Position numbers and translations under genes: made by a program. Shown here piece after piece: positions 39,246 through 49,256 of a stretch of 64,000 nucleotides of DNA. Source of the stretch: Romboutsia sp. (GTDB lineage: Bacteria > Bacillota > Clostridia > Peptostreptococcales > Peptostreptococcaceae); contig NZ_DATIRC010000017.1 of the NCBI RefSeq assembly GCF_035470145.1, positions 438-64,437 of the forward strand, in the 5' to 3' direction. How positions within the stretch are numbered: position 1 is the stretch's first letter; each line of letters starts with the position of its first letter. The notes below the pieces were generated by a model. That model worked only from the letters and a program-made list of their open reading frames with translations. It was not told the DNA's origin and ran no database searches.

Positions 39246-41159
39246 CTACATAAATTCTTCCCATTCTTCATAAAGAGAAGATAGTTTATCTTCTAAATTT
39301 ATTTTTTCTTGGCTTACTTCCTTAGACTTTTGGGGATTAGAATAGACTTCTTCCTGGCATAGAAGTATATCTATTTCTTCTATTTTAGATTCAGTTTCTT
39401 CAATTTCTTTTTCTATATTTTGTATTTTGACTCTATTTTTCTTATCTAATTCTCTTTGTTCTCTTTCTTTACGTTTTTCATCTTTAATTTTAGTTTTAGT
39501 TTTTTCTTCTTTTTCCTCAATTATGCTCATTTCTTGAACTTGTTTTTTCTTTTCTATGTAGTAATCATAGTTTCCTAGGTATTCGGTAATTCCATTTTCA
39601 TCTAGTACTAAAACTTTATCGACTACGGTATTAAGGAAATATCTATCGTGAGATATAGTAAATACAGTTCCGCTATATCCGTATAAAGCTTCTTCAAGGA
39701 CTTCTTTAGAGTCTATATCTAAATGGTTAGTAGGTTCATCAAGAAGCAAGAAATTTGCATTTGATAAAATTAATTTAAGTATAGCGACTCTAGCTCTTTC
39801 ACCACCACTTAAAGTAGAAATTCTTTTAAAGACTTCTTCACCTTCGAATAAAAATGCCCCCAACATACTTCTTAAAGTAGTTTGAGTTAAGTGAGTATTA
39901 TTCTCCCATATTTCATCTATTATTGTATTATTCAGATTAAGTGTTTTTTGTTCTTGATGGAAATAAGAAACATTTACGTTAGTTCCAAATTTAACATCAC
40001 CAGTTAGTGGAGTTAATTCGCTCATGACTATTTTGAATAATGTTGATTTTCCAATACCATTTGCACCTATAAGTGCTACTTTTTCACCTCTATAAATATC
40101 TAAATCAAGATTTTTAAATAATATTCTTTCTCCGTATCCCATAGACACATCTCTTATTTGTAGAACATCATTTCCGCTAGTCACTGAAGGGTTAAACTCT
40201 ATCCTTGCTTTTTTTCGATAAGCTTCGGGTTTATCTAAAATATCTACTTTTGCAAGAGCCTTTTCTTTACTTCGAGCTCTTTTTAAATGTTTTTCTCTCC
40301 CAAAAGCTTTTAATTTTTCTATTGAGTCCTCTTGCTTTTTTAAATCTTTTTGTTGGTTTTCAAATTTTTTCTGTTCTAATTCTTTTTCAATTGCAGATGC
40401 TTCTATAAAGTCAGAGTAATTTCCATTATAGGTTTTTAATCTTTTATTATGCATTTCAAAAACTCTATTTACTACTTGGTCTAGGAAGTATCTATCGTGC
40501 GAAATTAAAATAACGGTACCTTTATACTGTTTCAAGAATAATTCTAGCCACTCTATTGCTTCAGAATCTAAGTGGTTAGTAGGTTCATCTAGTAAAAGAA
40601 GAGTAGGTTTCTTTAAAAGAAGCTTACCTAAAAGGACTCTAGTTTTTTCCCCACCAGAAAGTATACTAATAGGCTTATCCATATCAGCATCGGTAAAACC
40701 TAGACCTTTTAAAACGCCTTTTGCCTCAGATTTATATCCATATCCATTCATTTCAGAAAATGATTCTAATTTATGAGAATACTCATTCATAAGTTTATCA
40801 AACTGTGAAGAATTTAGATTAGAACTTTCTTCAGCTATTTTTAGTTCTAAATTTCTTAAATAAGACTCCATATCTATTAAATCTTTGAAAATTTCTAGAA
40901 TTTCTTCAAATATAGTATTATTAGAATGGAAATCAGTATTTTGCTCTAAATATCCTATCTCACAATCTTTTGAAGTATATATTTCTCCACTATCGTGACC
41001 ATATATACCTGAAATTATTTTGAATAGAGTAGTTTTACCAGTACCATTGATACCAATTATACCAATCTTATCACCTTCGTTTACAGTAAAGCTTATATTT
41101 TCTAGTATAGAATCTATTCCAAAACTTTTATTTAAGTTATTACATGACAAAACAATCAT
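39246..41159 (-). CDS. ABC-F family translation-factor ATPase (YdiF-like)
   Basis: Two NBDs (GINGTGKT, GANGIGKS; LSGGE; LDEPTNHLD twice), no TM, C-terminal coiled coil; tsaD-ABC-F-rex synteny as in B. subtilis. Confidence 0.9.
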   Translation of the reverse strand: MIVLSCNNLNKSFGIDSILENISFTVNEGDKIGIIGINGTGKTTLFKIISGIYGHDSGEIYTSKDCEIGYLEQNTDFHSNNTIFEEILEIFKDLIDMESYLRNLELKIAEESSNLNSSQFDKLMNEYSHKLESFSEMNGYGYKSEAKGVLKGLGFTDADMDKPISILSGGEKTRVLLGKLLLKKPTLLLLDEPTNHLDSEAIEWLELFLKQYKGTVILISHDRYFLDQVVNRVFEMHNKRLKTYNGNYSDFIEASAIEKELEQKKFENQQKDLKKQEDSIEKLKAFGREKHLKRARSKEKALAKVDILDKPEAYRKKARIEFNPSVTSGNDVLQIRDVSMGYGERILFKNLDLDIYRGEKVALIGANGIGKSTLFKIVMSELTPLTGDVKFGTNVNVSYFHQEQKTLNLNNTIIDEIWENNTHLTQTTLRSMLGAFLFEGEEVFKRISTLSGGERARVAILKLILSNANFLLLDEPTNHLDIDSKEVLEEALYGYSGTVFTISHDRYFLNTVVDKVLVLDENGITEYLGNYDYYIEKKKQVQEMSIIEEKEEKTKTKIKDEKRKEREQRELDKKNRVKIQNIEKEIEETESKIEEIDILLCQEEVYSNPQKSKEVSQEKINLEDKLSSLYEEWEEFM

Positions 41160-41293
41160 AAATTTATACCTCCTTGAACTACCTAAAATTATAATGTTTT
41201 GCTATAATATAATCAAGGATATTACATTATGTTTTGTAAAATACAGTAAAATATTAAGGACTAACTAAAAAACATATAGTAGGAGGTGAAAAC

Positions 41294-41923
41294 GTGGGAG
41301 CTAAGAATATATCAATGGCAGTAATAAGAAGACTACCAAAGTATCATAGATACCTTGGAGACTTATTAGACAAGGATATACAAAGAATATCGTCTAAGGA
41401 ATTGAGTGATATAATAGGTTTTACAGCGTCTCAAATTAGACAGGATTTAAACAATTTTGGTGGATTTGGTCAGCAAGGTTACGGGTACAATGTAGCTGCA
41501 CTTCACAATGAAATTGGGAAAATACTAGGACTAGATAGAAAATATAATGCAGTACTTATAGGGGCAGGAAATTTAGGTCAAGCAATAGCTAATTATTCAG
41601 GATTCAGAAGAGCAGGATTTGAAGTGAAAGCTTTATTTGATGCTAATCCAAGAATGATAGGGTTAAAAATAAGAGATTTTGAAGTGTTAGATCCAGAAAA
41701 CATAGAAGACTTTGTCAAGGAGAATGACATAGATATTGCAATGCTATGTATCCCAAAGAATGGGGCTCAAAATATTGTAAATAGATTAGTAAGTGTAGGT
41801 ATTAAAGGTATTTGGAACTTTGCACCTATAGATTTAGAAGTGCCTAAAGATGTTATAGTTGAGAATGTAAATTTAACAGAGAGTTTATTTACATTATCCT
41901 ATTTAATGAAAGAAAGTGAATAA
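41294..41923 (+). CDS. rex: Redox-sensing repressor Rex
   Basis: RRLPKY.R, SQIRQDL..FG, GAGNLG, WNFAP. Confidence 0.96.
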   Translation: MGAKNISMAVIRRLPKYHRYLGDLLDKDIQRISSKELSDIIGFTASQIRQDLNNFGGFGQQGYGYNVAALHNEIGKILGLDRKYNAVLIGAGNLGQAIANYSGFRRAGFEVKALFDANPRMIGLKIRDFEVLDPENIEDFVKENDIDIAMLCIPKNGAQNIVNRLVSVGIKGIWNFAPIDLEVPKDVIVENVNLTESLFTLSYLMKESE

Positions 41924-41924
41924 T

Positions 41925-41967
41925 AAAAAAGCTATCATTGGTAGAAAATCTACTTTGATAGCTTTTT
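41925..41967. terminator. Bidirectional terminator rex/ferredoxin
   Basis: AAAAAAGCTATCA..GTAGA/TCTAC..TGATAGCTTTTT. Confidence 0.75.
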
Positions 41968-41983
41968 GCTTTGTATACAAATA

Positions 41984-42154
41984 TTACTCAGGTTGAGGAG
42001 CATCAACAGGACAAACTCCTGCGCAAGCACCACATTCAACACAAGTATCTGCATCTATAAGGTATTTGTCATCTCCTGCAGATATACATTCAACTGGGCA
42101 TTCGCTTTCACAAGCACCACAGCTTATGCAAGCATCGTTTATTATGTAACTCAT
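41984..42154 (-). CDS. fdx: Clostridial-type 2x[4Fe-4S] ferredoxin (56 aa; absent from the ORF track)
   Basis: Manual translation MSYIINDACISCGACESECPVECISAGDDKYLIDADTCVECGACAGVCPVDAPQPE*; GGGAGG RBS. Confidence 0.95.
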   Translation of the reverse strand: MSYIINDACISCGACESECPVECISAGDDKYLIDADTCVECGACAGVCPVDAPQPE

Positions 42155-42503
42155 CTCAAAATCCTCCCTTAATTAATTATTTTATTCAGTAATATTATAA
42201 CAAAAATTCTACAAATTAACAATTAATTAATTCTACAATAATGTTAATATTATGATACACAAATTTAAATATAAAAAATTAAAGGGTAATTTAAAAATGT
42301 ACTATAATATTTGTAAAATGATAATCATCATAGATAAAAATGGAAAGAATTAAAGATGATGTTAGATGAAGCTAAAACATAAGTATTTATAGATTATACA
42401 CACTTTTTAGGCCTTAAAGGGAATAGTGAATTCTGATATAATGTATAATATTAATTTAAGAAATAGTTAAAAATAATATAAGGAAGGTATTAAGGATAAA
42501 TAA

Positions 42504-43325
42504 ATGAAAATATATGCATTAGTAGGTCCTAGTGGTACAGGTAAAAGTTATAAAGCATTAGAGTTAGCATATGAAAATGAAATTGAGTATATAATTGATG
42601 ATGGACTTCTCATACATAAGAATAAAATAATAGCAGGTATATCTGCAAAACAGGCAAAAACGGTTATAGAAGCTGTAAAAAGAGCTATATTTAATGATAT
42701 AAATCACAAAGAATCTGTAAAATTAAAAATACAAGAAGAAAAGATTGATAAAGTTTTAATACTTGGAACTTCAAATAAAATGATAAATCAAATTATAGAA
42801 AAATTAGAAATAAAAGAACTTTATAAAATAATAAATATAAAAGATATAAGTAGTAATAGAGAAATATCTATAGCCAAAGAATCTAGAAAAAGAGGGAACC
42901 ATATAATACCTGTTCCAACTATTGAAATAAAACCAATTGCAAGTGGATTAAGTATAAATTCATTAAAAAGATTTTTTAAAAGAAATAATAATACATGCAA
43001 GCTAATAGAAAAAACTATAATAAGACCAACCTTTAGCTACATCGGTAAATTTTTCATAAACTCTAATGTAATAGAGCAGATTATAAGCTATGAAACTAGC
43101 AAATTTAAAAAAATAGATAAAATTAATAAGATAGAAGTAACTAATTTAAATAATAGTATAAAAATATTTTTAAATATTAATATAAATGACATTACACAAA
43201 TAAAAGAAAGTTTTGAAATACAAAAAAAAATAAAGGAAAATGTAGAAAAAACAACACTAATTAATGTAGAAAAAGTTGACATATATATTAATAGATTAAA
43301 AAGGGATTATATGTCGAAAAGTTAA
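42504..43325 (+). CDS. Uncharacterised P-loop protein with C-terminal Asp23/Gls24-like region
   Basis: GPSGTGKS, IIDDGL, HIIPVPTIE, RPTFSYIG; C-terminal 'IQKKIKENVEKTT..V..VDIYI' resembles Asp23. Confidence 0.65.
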   Translation: MKIYALVGPSGTGKSYKALELAYENEIEYIIDDGLLIHKNKIIAGISAKQAKTVIEAVKRAIFNDINHKESVKLKIQEEKIDKVLILGTSNKMINQIIEKLEIKELYKIINIKDISSNREISIAKESRKRGNHIIPVPTIEIKPIASGLSINSLKRFFKRNNNTCKLIEKTIIRPTFSYIGKFFINSNVIEQIISYETSKFKKIDKINKIEVTNLNNSIKIFLNININDITQIKESFEIQKKIKENVEKTTLINVEKVDIYINRLKRDYMSKS

Positions 43326-43462
43326 AAAATAAACGATTTCAAAGTAACTAAACTAAAATAAATTGTGTTATAATCAAGTTGTAAGTTCGGGAAAGGGGTT
43401 TCTTGAACTGAGATTATTAATAATATAATATTTTAGATATAATATTTTAGGGGGGCTTTAAA

Positions 43463-44764
43463 ATGGCAGAAAAAACTTTAAATGTATTTGAAATCGCAAG
43501 ATTACAAGTTAAAAATGCGTGTGATAAATTAGGAGCAGATTCAGCGGTATATGAAATATTAAAAAATCCAATGAGAGTTATGGAAGTATCATTCCCAGTT
43601 AAAATGGATGATGGAACAACTAAATCTTTTACAGGATATAGATCTCAACATAACAATGCATGTGGACCTTTCAAAGGTGGTTTAAGATTCCATCCAGCTG
43701 TATGTATGGATGAGGTAAAAGCTTTATCAACATGGATGACATTTAAGTGTTCAGTAGTAGGAATTCCTTATGGTGGTGGAAAAGGTGGAATGGCTATAGA
43801 TCCAAGAGATTATTCAGAAGCTGAATTAGAAAGAATATCTAGAGGATTTGCAAGAGCAATAGCACCAATCATAGGTGAAAAAGAAGATATACCAGCTCCA
43901 GATGTTAATACAAATGGACAAATAATGTCTTGGATGGTAGATGAGTATGCTCAAGCTACGGGAGAATTCCAACCAGGTGTATTCACAGGTAAACCAGTAG
44001 ATTTTTATGGTTCTTTAGCTAGAACAGAAGCTACAGGATATGGTGTTGCTATAATGGCTATGGAAGCTGCTAAAAAGCTAGATATAGATTTAAATAATGT
44101 AACGGTAGCAGTACAAGGTTTTGGAAATGTTGGAAGTTATGCAGGTATGTACATAGAAGAAGCAGGTGCTAAAGTTGTTGCTGTAGGTGATCATACGGGA
44201 ACTATAGTAAACAAAAATGGAATAGATATGAAAGCATTAATGGAGTATAGTAAAATAAATAGAGGAATAAAAGGGTTCCCAGGAGCAGAGCTTACTGAGG
44301 AAGATATATTAACTATGGATGTTGATATATTAATGCCATGTGCATTAGAAAATCAATTAACTTCTAAAAATGCAGAAGATGTAAAAGCTAAAATAATAAG
44401 TGAAGGTGCTAATGGACCGACGACTCCAGAAGCGGATGAAATATTCTTCAAAAAAGGGATAACTTTAATTCCAGATATATTAGCTAATAGTGGTGGAGTT
44501 ACTGTATCTTATTTTGAATGGGTACAAAACTTAAGTAGATATAATTGGTCATTTGAAGAAGTTCAAACAAAACAAAAGAAATTAATGGTAGATGCATTTG
44601 AAGATATATGGAGTTTAGCAAAAGAATATGAAGTGGATATGAGAACTGCTGCATATATGATGTCTATAAAGAGAATAGCAGATGCTATGAAGATGAGAGG
44701 ATGGTATAGCGATACTCCTCAAACAGAAATAGTAGAGGAAAAAGCTATGTTAGCAACTGAATAG
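43463..44764 (+). CDS. gluD: NAD-specific glutamate dehydrogenase
   Basis: GPFKGGLRFHP, PYGGGKGG, DIPAPDVNT, QGFGNVG, EGANGP. Confidence 0.93.
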   Translation: MAEKTLNVFEIARLQVKNACDKLGADSAVYEILKNPMRVMEVSFPVKMDDGTTKSFTGYRSQHNNACGPFKGGLRFHPAVCMDEVKALSTWMTFKCSVVGIPYGGGKGGMAIDPRDYSEAELERISRGFARAIAPIIGEKEDIPAPDVNTNGQIMSWMVDEYAQATGEFQPGVFTGKPVDFYGSLARTEATGYGVAIMAMEAAKKLDIDLNNVTVAVQGFGNVGSYAGMYIEEAGAKVVAVGDHTGTIVNKNGIDMKALMEYSKINRGIKGFPGAELTEEDILTMDVDILMPCALENQLTSKNAEDVKAKIISEGANGPTTPEADEIFFKKGITLIPDILANSGGVTVSYFEWVQNLSRYNWSFEEVQTKQKKLMVDAFEDIWSLAKEYEVDMRTAAYMMSIKRIADAMKMRGWYSDTPQTEIVEEKAMLATE

Positions 44765-45180
44765 GTATAAATATAAAGATAAGAAGTGGTTATATAACTG
44801 CTTCTTATTTTTATTTACAAGAAGATATTGCATAAAATCAAATTTTATATAAAAATATTTTCAATAAAGTAAAATTAAGAAATATAACTTGGACAAAACG
44901 TTTGCAAAAATTGCTATTGATGAATTGATTTACAATATGAATTTGAACATTAAAAAAGCACATAAATAAGTTATTTATGCGTGAAAATGGGTTAAAACCC
45001 ATAAAAACCTTTACATTTACAGGGTTCTAATATATAATCAAATAAAAGAATGTATATTTAGGTGATACATTGGATAAAATAATTAATTAGTTAATTTTAA
45101 ATATACAATTTATATGCAAGATGTAAATTTAATAAATATAATAGATTAATATAAGAATACTACATAAAATGTTACGATAG

Positions 45181-45197
45181 ATTACAAAAAAGTTACA
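45181..45197 (-). promoter_or_regulatory. Putative WalR box upstream of cell-wall hydrolase
   Basis: Reverse strand reads TGTAAC-TTTTT-TGTAAT = TGTWAH-N5-TGTWAH; extra TTAC half-sites at 45172 and 45205. Confidence 0.6.
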
Positions 45198-45306
45198 AAA
45201 AAATTTACAACATATCTTGTGTATTAGTATTTTATCCTAGATAAGCTTCACCTATAAAAATAGCACGTAAGATAACTTATGGTGAATTTTTGGAGGGAAT
45301 AATATC

Positions 45307-46419
45307 ATGAAGAGAAAAATATTAGTACCAATGTTTGCGTCAGTTATGGCGTTATCAATGAATTCGGTTGCAAATGCAGATGAAGTTGAAAATAAAAATA
45401 TTGAAAATAAAGAAGAAAATAAAAGCACAATATTAGATTTAGGTGAATATGAAGATGCTACTTATAAAATAGCTGCTATTAAAGATGGAGTAGCTGTAAA
45501 AATAAGAGAACAAGGATCTGTTCAACATGTAGCTTATACTGGAGATGAGTTCAAAGTAGTAGGAACTCAAGGAGAATGGGCCAAGGTAGTTGTTGGAGAT
45601 GGTGAAGGTTGGATACCATTAAGATTTGTAGATATAAAAGAAGCATATGGATATACAACTGCAAATAAAGTAAACTTTAGAAAAGAAGCAAGTGTAGATT
45701 CTGAAATAGTAGAAGAATTAGAAATAGGAAGTACTGTAAAGGTTTTAGAAAATAATGGAAGTTGGATAAAAGTAAAAAAAGGTGAAAATGAAGGATACAT
45801 AAGCTCATTATATGTTTCAGATGAAGCGCCAGCGATAGAAGTTGAAAAAGAAGTAGTTCAAAATACAGAGAGCAGACAAGCTTCAAATAATGATAGAACT
45901 TCGAATAATACGTCTAACTCAAATAATAATAGAACTTCGAATAATACGTCTAACTCAAATAATAATGGTGGACAAGTTGAAAAACCTAGTCAAAAACCAC
46001 CGCAAAATAACAATGGATCATATAATCCACCAGCAAGTAATGCATCTGTTGCACAAGCAGTAGTAAATTTAGCGTATTCTAAATTAGGTTGCCCATATGT
46101 TTGGGGAGCAGAAGGTCCAAACAGCTTTGACTGTTCAGGTCTTACTTCTTATGTTTATAGAAACGCAGCAGGAATTACGATACCAAGATCATCAAGTGCT
46201 CAAGCAGGATATGGTAAAACAGTAAGTAAATCGAATTTACAACCAGGAGATTTAGTATTCTTCTCTACTAATGGTACAGGAAGAGTAAGCCACGTTGGTA
46301 TATATATAGGTGGTGGAAAAATGATACATTCTCCAAAACCAGGAAAATCTGTAAGCGTTGTAAGTATAAATTCTTCTTACTATGCATCTGCATTTGTTAC
46401 AGCAAAGAGAGTATTATAA
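45307..46419 (+). CDS. Secreted SH3-domain NlpC/P60 peptidoglycan endopeptidase
   Basis: Signal peptide, two SH3_3-like domains, N/S-rich linker, PYVWG..GP..FDCSG, HVGIY..G.MIH. Confidence 0.92.
   Translation: MKRKILVPMFASVMALSMNSVANADEVENKNIENKEENKSTILDLGEYEDATYKIAAIKDGVAVKIREQGSVQHVAYTGDEFKVVGTQGEWAKVVVGDGEGWIPLRFVDIKEAYGYTTANKVNFRKEASVDSEIVEELEIGSTVKVLENNGSWIKVKKGENEGYISSLYVSDEAPAIEVEKEVVQNTESRQASNNDRTSNNTSNSNNNRTSNNTSNSNNNGGQVEKPSQKPPQNNNGSYNPPASNASVAQAVVNLAYSKLGCPYVWGAEGPNSFDCSGLTSYVYRNAAGITIPRSSSAQAGYGKTVSKSNLQPGDLVFFSTNGTGRVSHVGIYIGGGKMIHSPKPGKSVSVVSINSSYYASAFVTAKRVL
45895..45966 (+). repeat. Perfect 36-bp tandem duplication (RTSNNTSNSNNN x2) in hydrolase linker
   Basis: AGAACTTCGAATAATACGTCTAACTCAAATAATAAT at 45895-45930 and 45931-45966. 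Confidence 0.95.
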
Positions 46420-46495
46420 TTATATGAAATTAAGGCCGCTTATTAAATAAGCGGCTTTTATATTATAAAAAATTTAAACTGGATACTAGAATATG

Positions 46496-46524
46496 TTGAC
46501 AATGGATAAAAAAGGTGCTAGAAT
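46496..46524 (+). promoter_or_regulatory. SigA promoter of pyr operon
   Basis: TTGACA-N17-TAGAAT with extended TG. Confidence 0.8.
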
Positions 46525-46543
46525 TCAATCAGAATAAAAAATA

Positions 46544-46576
46544 CTTTTAAATTCAGTCCAGAGAGGCTGAAAAAGG
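46544..46576 (+). promoter_or_regulatory. PyrR-binding RNA element
   Basis: CTTTTAAATTCAGTCCAGAGAGGCTGAAAAAGG matches the PyrR loop consensus ARUCCNGNGAGGYU with the U-rich 5' arm. Confidence 0.9.
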
Positions 46577-46585
46577 AGGATATAT

Positions 46586-47551
46586 ATGTTATTACAAGGA
46601 AGAAACTTAATCCAACCAGAGGACTTTTCAGTAAAAGAAATCGATGAAATATTATCATTATCTCAAAATATAATTGACGCTCCGTCAAAATATTCCCGTA
46701 TATGTGAAGGTAAACTATTGGCTACATTATTCTATGAGCCATCAACAAGAACAAGGTTAAGCTTTGAAGCTGCAATGTGCAGATTAGGTGGAAGTATTGT
46801 AGGTTTTTCTGAGCCTAACTCATCATCTGTATCAAAAGGAGAATCATTAGGCGATACTATAAGAACTGTAGCATGTTATGCAGATGTAATTGCAATGAGG
46901 CATCCAGTAGCAGGTTCAGCAGCACAAGCAGCAGAGTATTCAGAAGTACCTTTTATAAACGCGGGAGATGGAGGGAATCAACATCCAACTCAAACACTAA
47001 CAGATCTACTTACTATAAAATCTCTTAAAGGAAGTTTAGAAAACCATACAATAGGACTATGTGGAGACTTGAAGAATGGAAGAACAGTACACTCTTTAGT
47101 TAAAGCTATGGCTAGATATAAAAATACTAAATTTGTGTTTATATCACCAGAAGAATTAAAAATGCCTGATTATATAAAAGACGCTATACAAAAGCAAGGT
47201 CATGCATATTATGAAACTAATAACTTAGATGAAGTTATAGGGAGCCTAGATGTTTTATATATGACAAGAGTACAACAAGAAAGATTTGAAGACAAGGCAG
47301 AATATGAAAGATTAAAAGACTACTATATATTAAACAAATCAAAAATGCAAAGAGCATCAAAAAATATGCTAGTAATGCATCCATTACCAAGAGTGAATGA
47401 AATAGATATGGATGTAGATACTGATGATAGAGCTGTATACTTTAAACAAGCTAAATACGGAATGTTTGTAAGAATGGCATTAATAATGAAACTTTTAGGA
47501 GTGAAAGATGTAGCAGATAGCTTTCAAGAAAAAATGTTAGAGTGTATATAA
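46586..47551 (+). CDS. pyrB: Aspartate carbamoyltransferase catalytic subunit
   Basis: [23 protein letters not shown]. Confidence 0.96.
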   Translation: MLLQGRNLIQPEDFSVKEIDEILSLSQNIIDAPSKYSRICEGKLLATLFYEPSTRTRLSFEAAMCRLGGSIVGFSEPNSSSVSKGESLGDTIRTVACYADVIAMRHPVAGSAAQAAEYSEVPFINAGDGGNQHPTQTLTDLLTIKSLKGSLENHTIGLCGDLKNGRTVHSLVKAMARYKNTKFVFISPEELKMPDYIKDAIQKQGHAYYETNNLDEVIGSLDVLYMTRVQQERFEDKAEYERLKDYYILNKSKMQRASKNMLVMHPLPRVNEIDMDVDTDDRAVYFKQAKYGMFVRMALIMKLLGVKDVADSFQEKMLECI

Positions 47552-47592
47552 GAACTCATACTAAATAGCATATGACAAAAGGGGAGATTTAT

Positions 47593-48285
47593 ATGTATAA
47601 GATTTGTGAAAATAGATATGTAGGCGAAGATATGTATCTTATGAAAGTAGAAGGTAAATTTGAAGGGAAAATGGGTCAGTTCTATATGTTAAGAGCATGG
47701 GATATGTTTCCACTTCTTTCAAGACCTATAAGTATACATGATATAGATGAAAATAGTATAACATTTCTATATAAGGCTATAGGAGAAGGAACTCAAATAC
47801 TAAGTAAGTTAAATCAAAATGATACGATAAAATTAGAAGGTCCTTATGGGAACGGATATGAAAAGGTAGAAGGTAAGGTAGCTTTAGTAGGTGGAGGAAT
47901 CGGAATAGCTCCATTATACTTAGTAGCCAAAAATATAAAAAATTGTGACGCTTATCTTGGATTTAGAAATGAAGCTATACTAGAAGGTGAATATAAAGCG
48001 ATTTGTAATGAAGTTCATATAGCAACAGGAAAAACATTTGTAACGGATATTTTAGATGTTGAAAAATATGATTATATACTAACTTGTGGACCGACTCCAA
48101 TGATGGAAAAATTAGTTAATATGGTAGAAGGAACTGATACGAAAATAATGGTATCTTTAGAGAATCATATGGCTTGTGGAGTGGGAGCATGTTTAGTATG
48201 TACATGTAAAACTCAATTTGGAAACAAAAAGACTTGTAAAGATGGTCCTGTATTTTGGGGAGAGGACGTGATATTTAATGGCTGA
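47593..48285 (+). CDS. pyrK: Dihydroorotate dehydrogenase electron-transfer subunit
   Basis: [28 protein letters not shown]...CKDGPVF. Confidence 0.93.
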   Translation: MYKICENRYVGEDMYLMKVEGKFEGKMGQFYMLRAWDMFPLLSRPISIHDIDENSITFLYKAIGEGTQILSKLNQNDTIKLEGPYGNGYEKVEGKVALVGGGIGIAPLYLVAKNIKNCDAYLGFRNEAILEGEYKAICNEVHIATGKTFVTDILDVEKYDYILTCGPTPMMEKLVNMVEGTDTKIMVSLENHMACGVGACLVCTCKTQFGNKKTCKDGPVFWGEDVIFNG

Positions 48286-49180
48286 TTTAGGTGTAAAATT
48301 TGGAAATATAGACTTTAAAAATCCGCTTGTAATGGCATCAGGTACGTTTGGATTTGGAAAAGAATATAATGAAATTTATGATATACAAAAATTAGGTGGA
48401 GTAAGTAGTAAAGGACTCACGTTAAATAAGAGAGATGGAAACATAGGCATGAGAGTTTGTGAAACTCCATCGGGCATGATGAATAGTGTTGGTCTTGAAA
48501 ATCCTGGCGTTCAAGGATTTATAGATAATGAACTACAATTTTTTAAAGACTTAGATTTAGTAAGAATAGCTAATGTAGGTGGAGGAACTTTAGAAGATTA
48601 TCTACAAGGTGTACAGTTATTAAATGATCAACCAATAGACATGATAGAATTAAATATATCCTGCCCAAATGTTAAAGCAGGGGGAATGGCATTCGGTATA
48701 AAAAATGAAGTAGCGAGAGAAGTGGTAAGAGAAGTAAGAAATGTTACAAACTTACCTCTTGTAATAAAATTATCTCCAAATGCAGAAGACATAATAGGCA
48801 TGGCGAAAGTATGTGAAGAAGAAGGTGCTGATGGAGTATCTTTGGTAAATACATTTAAAGCAATGGCTATAGACATACACAAAAGAAAGCCTGTATTTGA
48901 AAATATATATGCAGGATTGTCTGGACCAGCAATAAAGCCAATAGCACTTAGAATGGTTCATGAAGTTTGTAAAAATGTTAATATACCCGTTATGGGAATG
49001 GGCGGAATAACAACAGCTCAAGATGCTATAGAATTTATCATGGCAGGTTCAACATGTATACAGGTTGGAACAGCAAATTTTATAAATCCTAAAATAGGTC
49101 TTGAAATAATAGATGAAATAGAAGAATTTATGATAAAAGAAGGAATAAAAAATTTAAATGAAATAAGGGGAATATTATAA
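48278..49180 (+). CDS. pyrD: Dihydroorotate dehydrogenase 1B catalytic subunit
   Basis: [32 protein letters not shown]. Confidence 0.95.
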   Translation: MADLGVKFGNIDFKNPLVMASGTFGFGKEYNEIYDIQKLGGVSSKGLTLNKRDGNIGMRVCETPSGMMNSVGLENPGVQGFIDNELQFFKDLDLVRIANVGGGTLEDYLQGVQLLNDQPIDMIELNISCPNVKAGGMAFGIKNEVAREVVREVRNVTNLPLVIKLSPNAEDIIGMAKVCEEEGADGVSLVNTFKAMAIDIHKRKPVFENIYAGLSGPAIKPIALRMVHEVCKNVNIPVMGMGGITTAQDAIEFIMAGSTCIQVGTANFINPKIGLEIIDEIEEFMIKEGIKNLNEIRGIL

Positions 49181-49256
49181 ATAAAAATTTAGATGAAAAA
49201 ATTTCATTTATACAGAATTAGAACAAACAAAATGATAAAATTTGGAGGGCGTAAAT

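Noticed and set aside
41966-42172. 68-aa + strand ORF
   Set aside because: Antisense shadow of the genuine minus-strand ferredoxin
44765-45306. c-di-AMP (ydaO) or c-di-GMP riboswitch ahead of the cell-wall hydrolase
   Set aside because: No GCTGAA...GGGGGA (ydaO) or GGCAAA/GCAAAGC (GEMM) core found; only AT-rich weak hairpins
45895-45966. Repeat as a CRISPR array
   Set aside because: Two adjacent copies with no spacer, in frame within a CDS, and no cas genes
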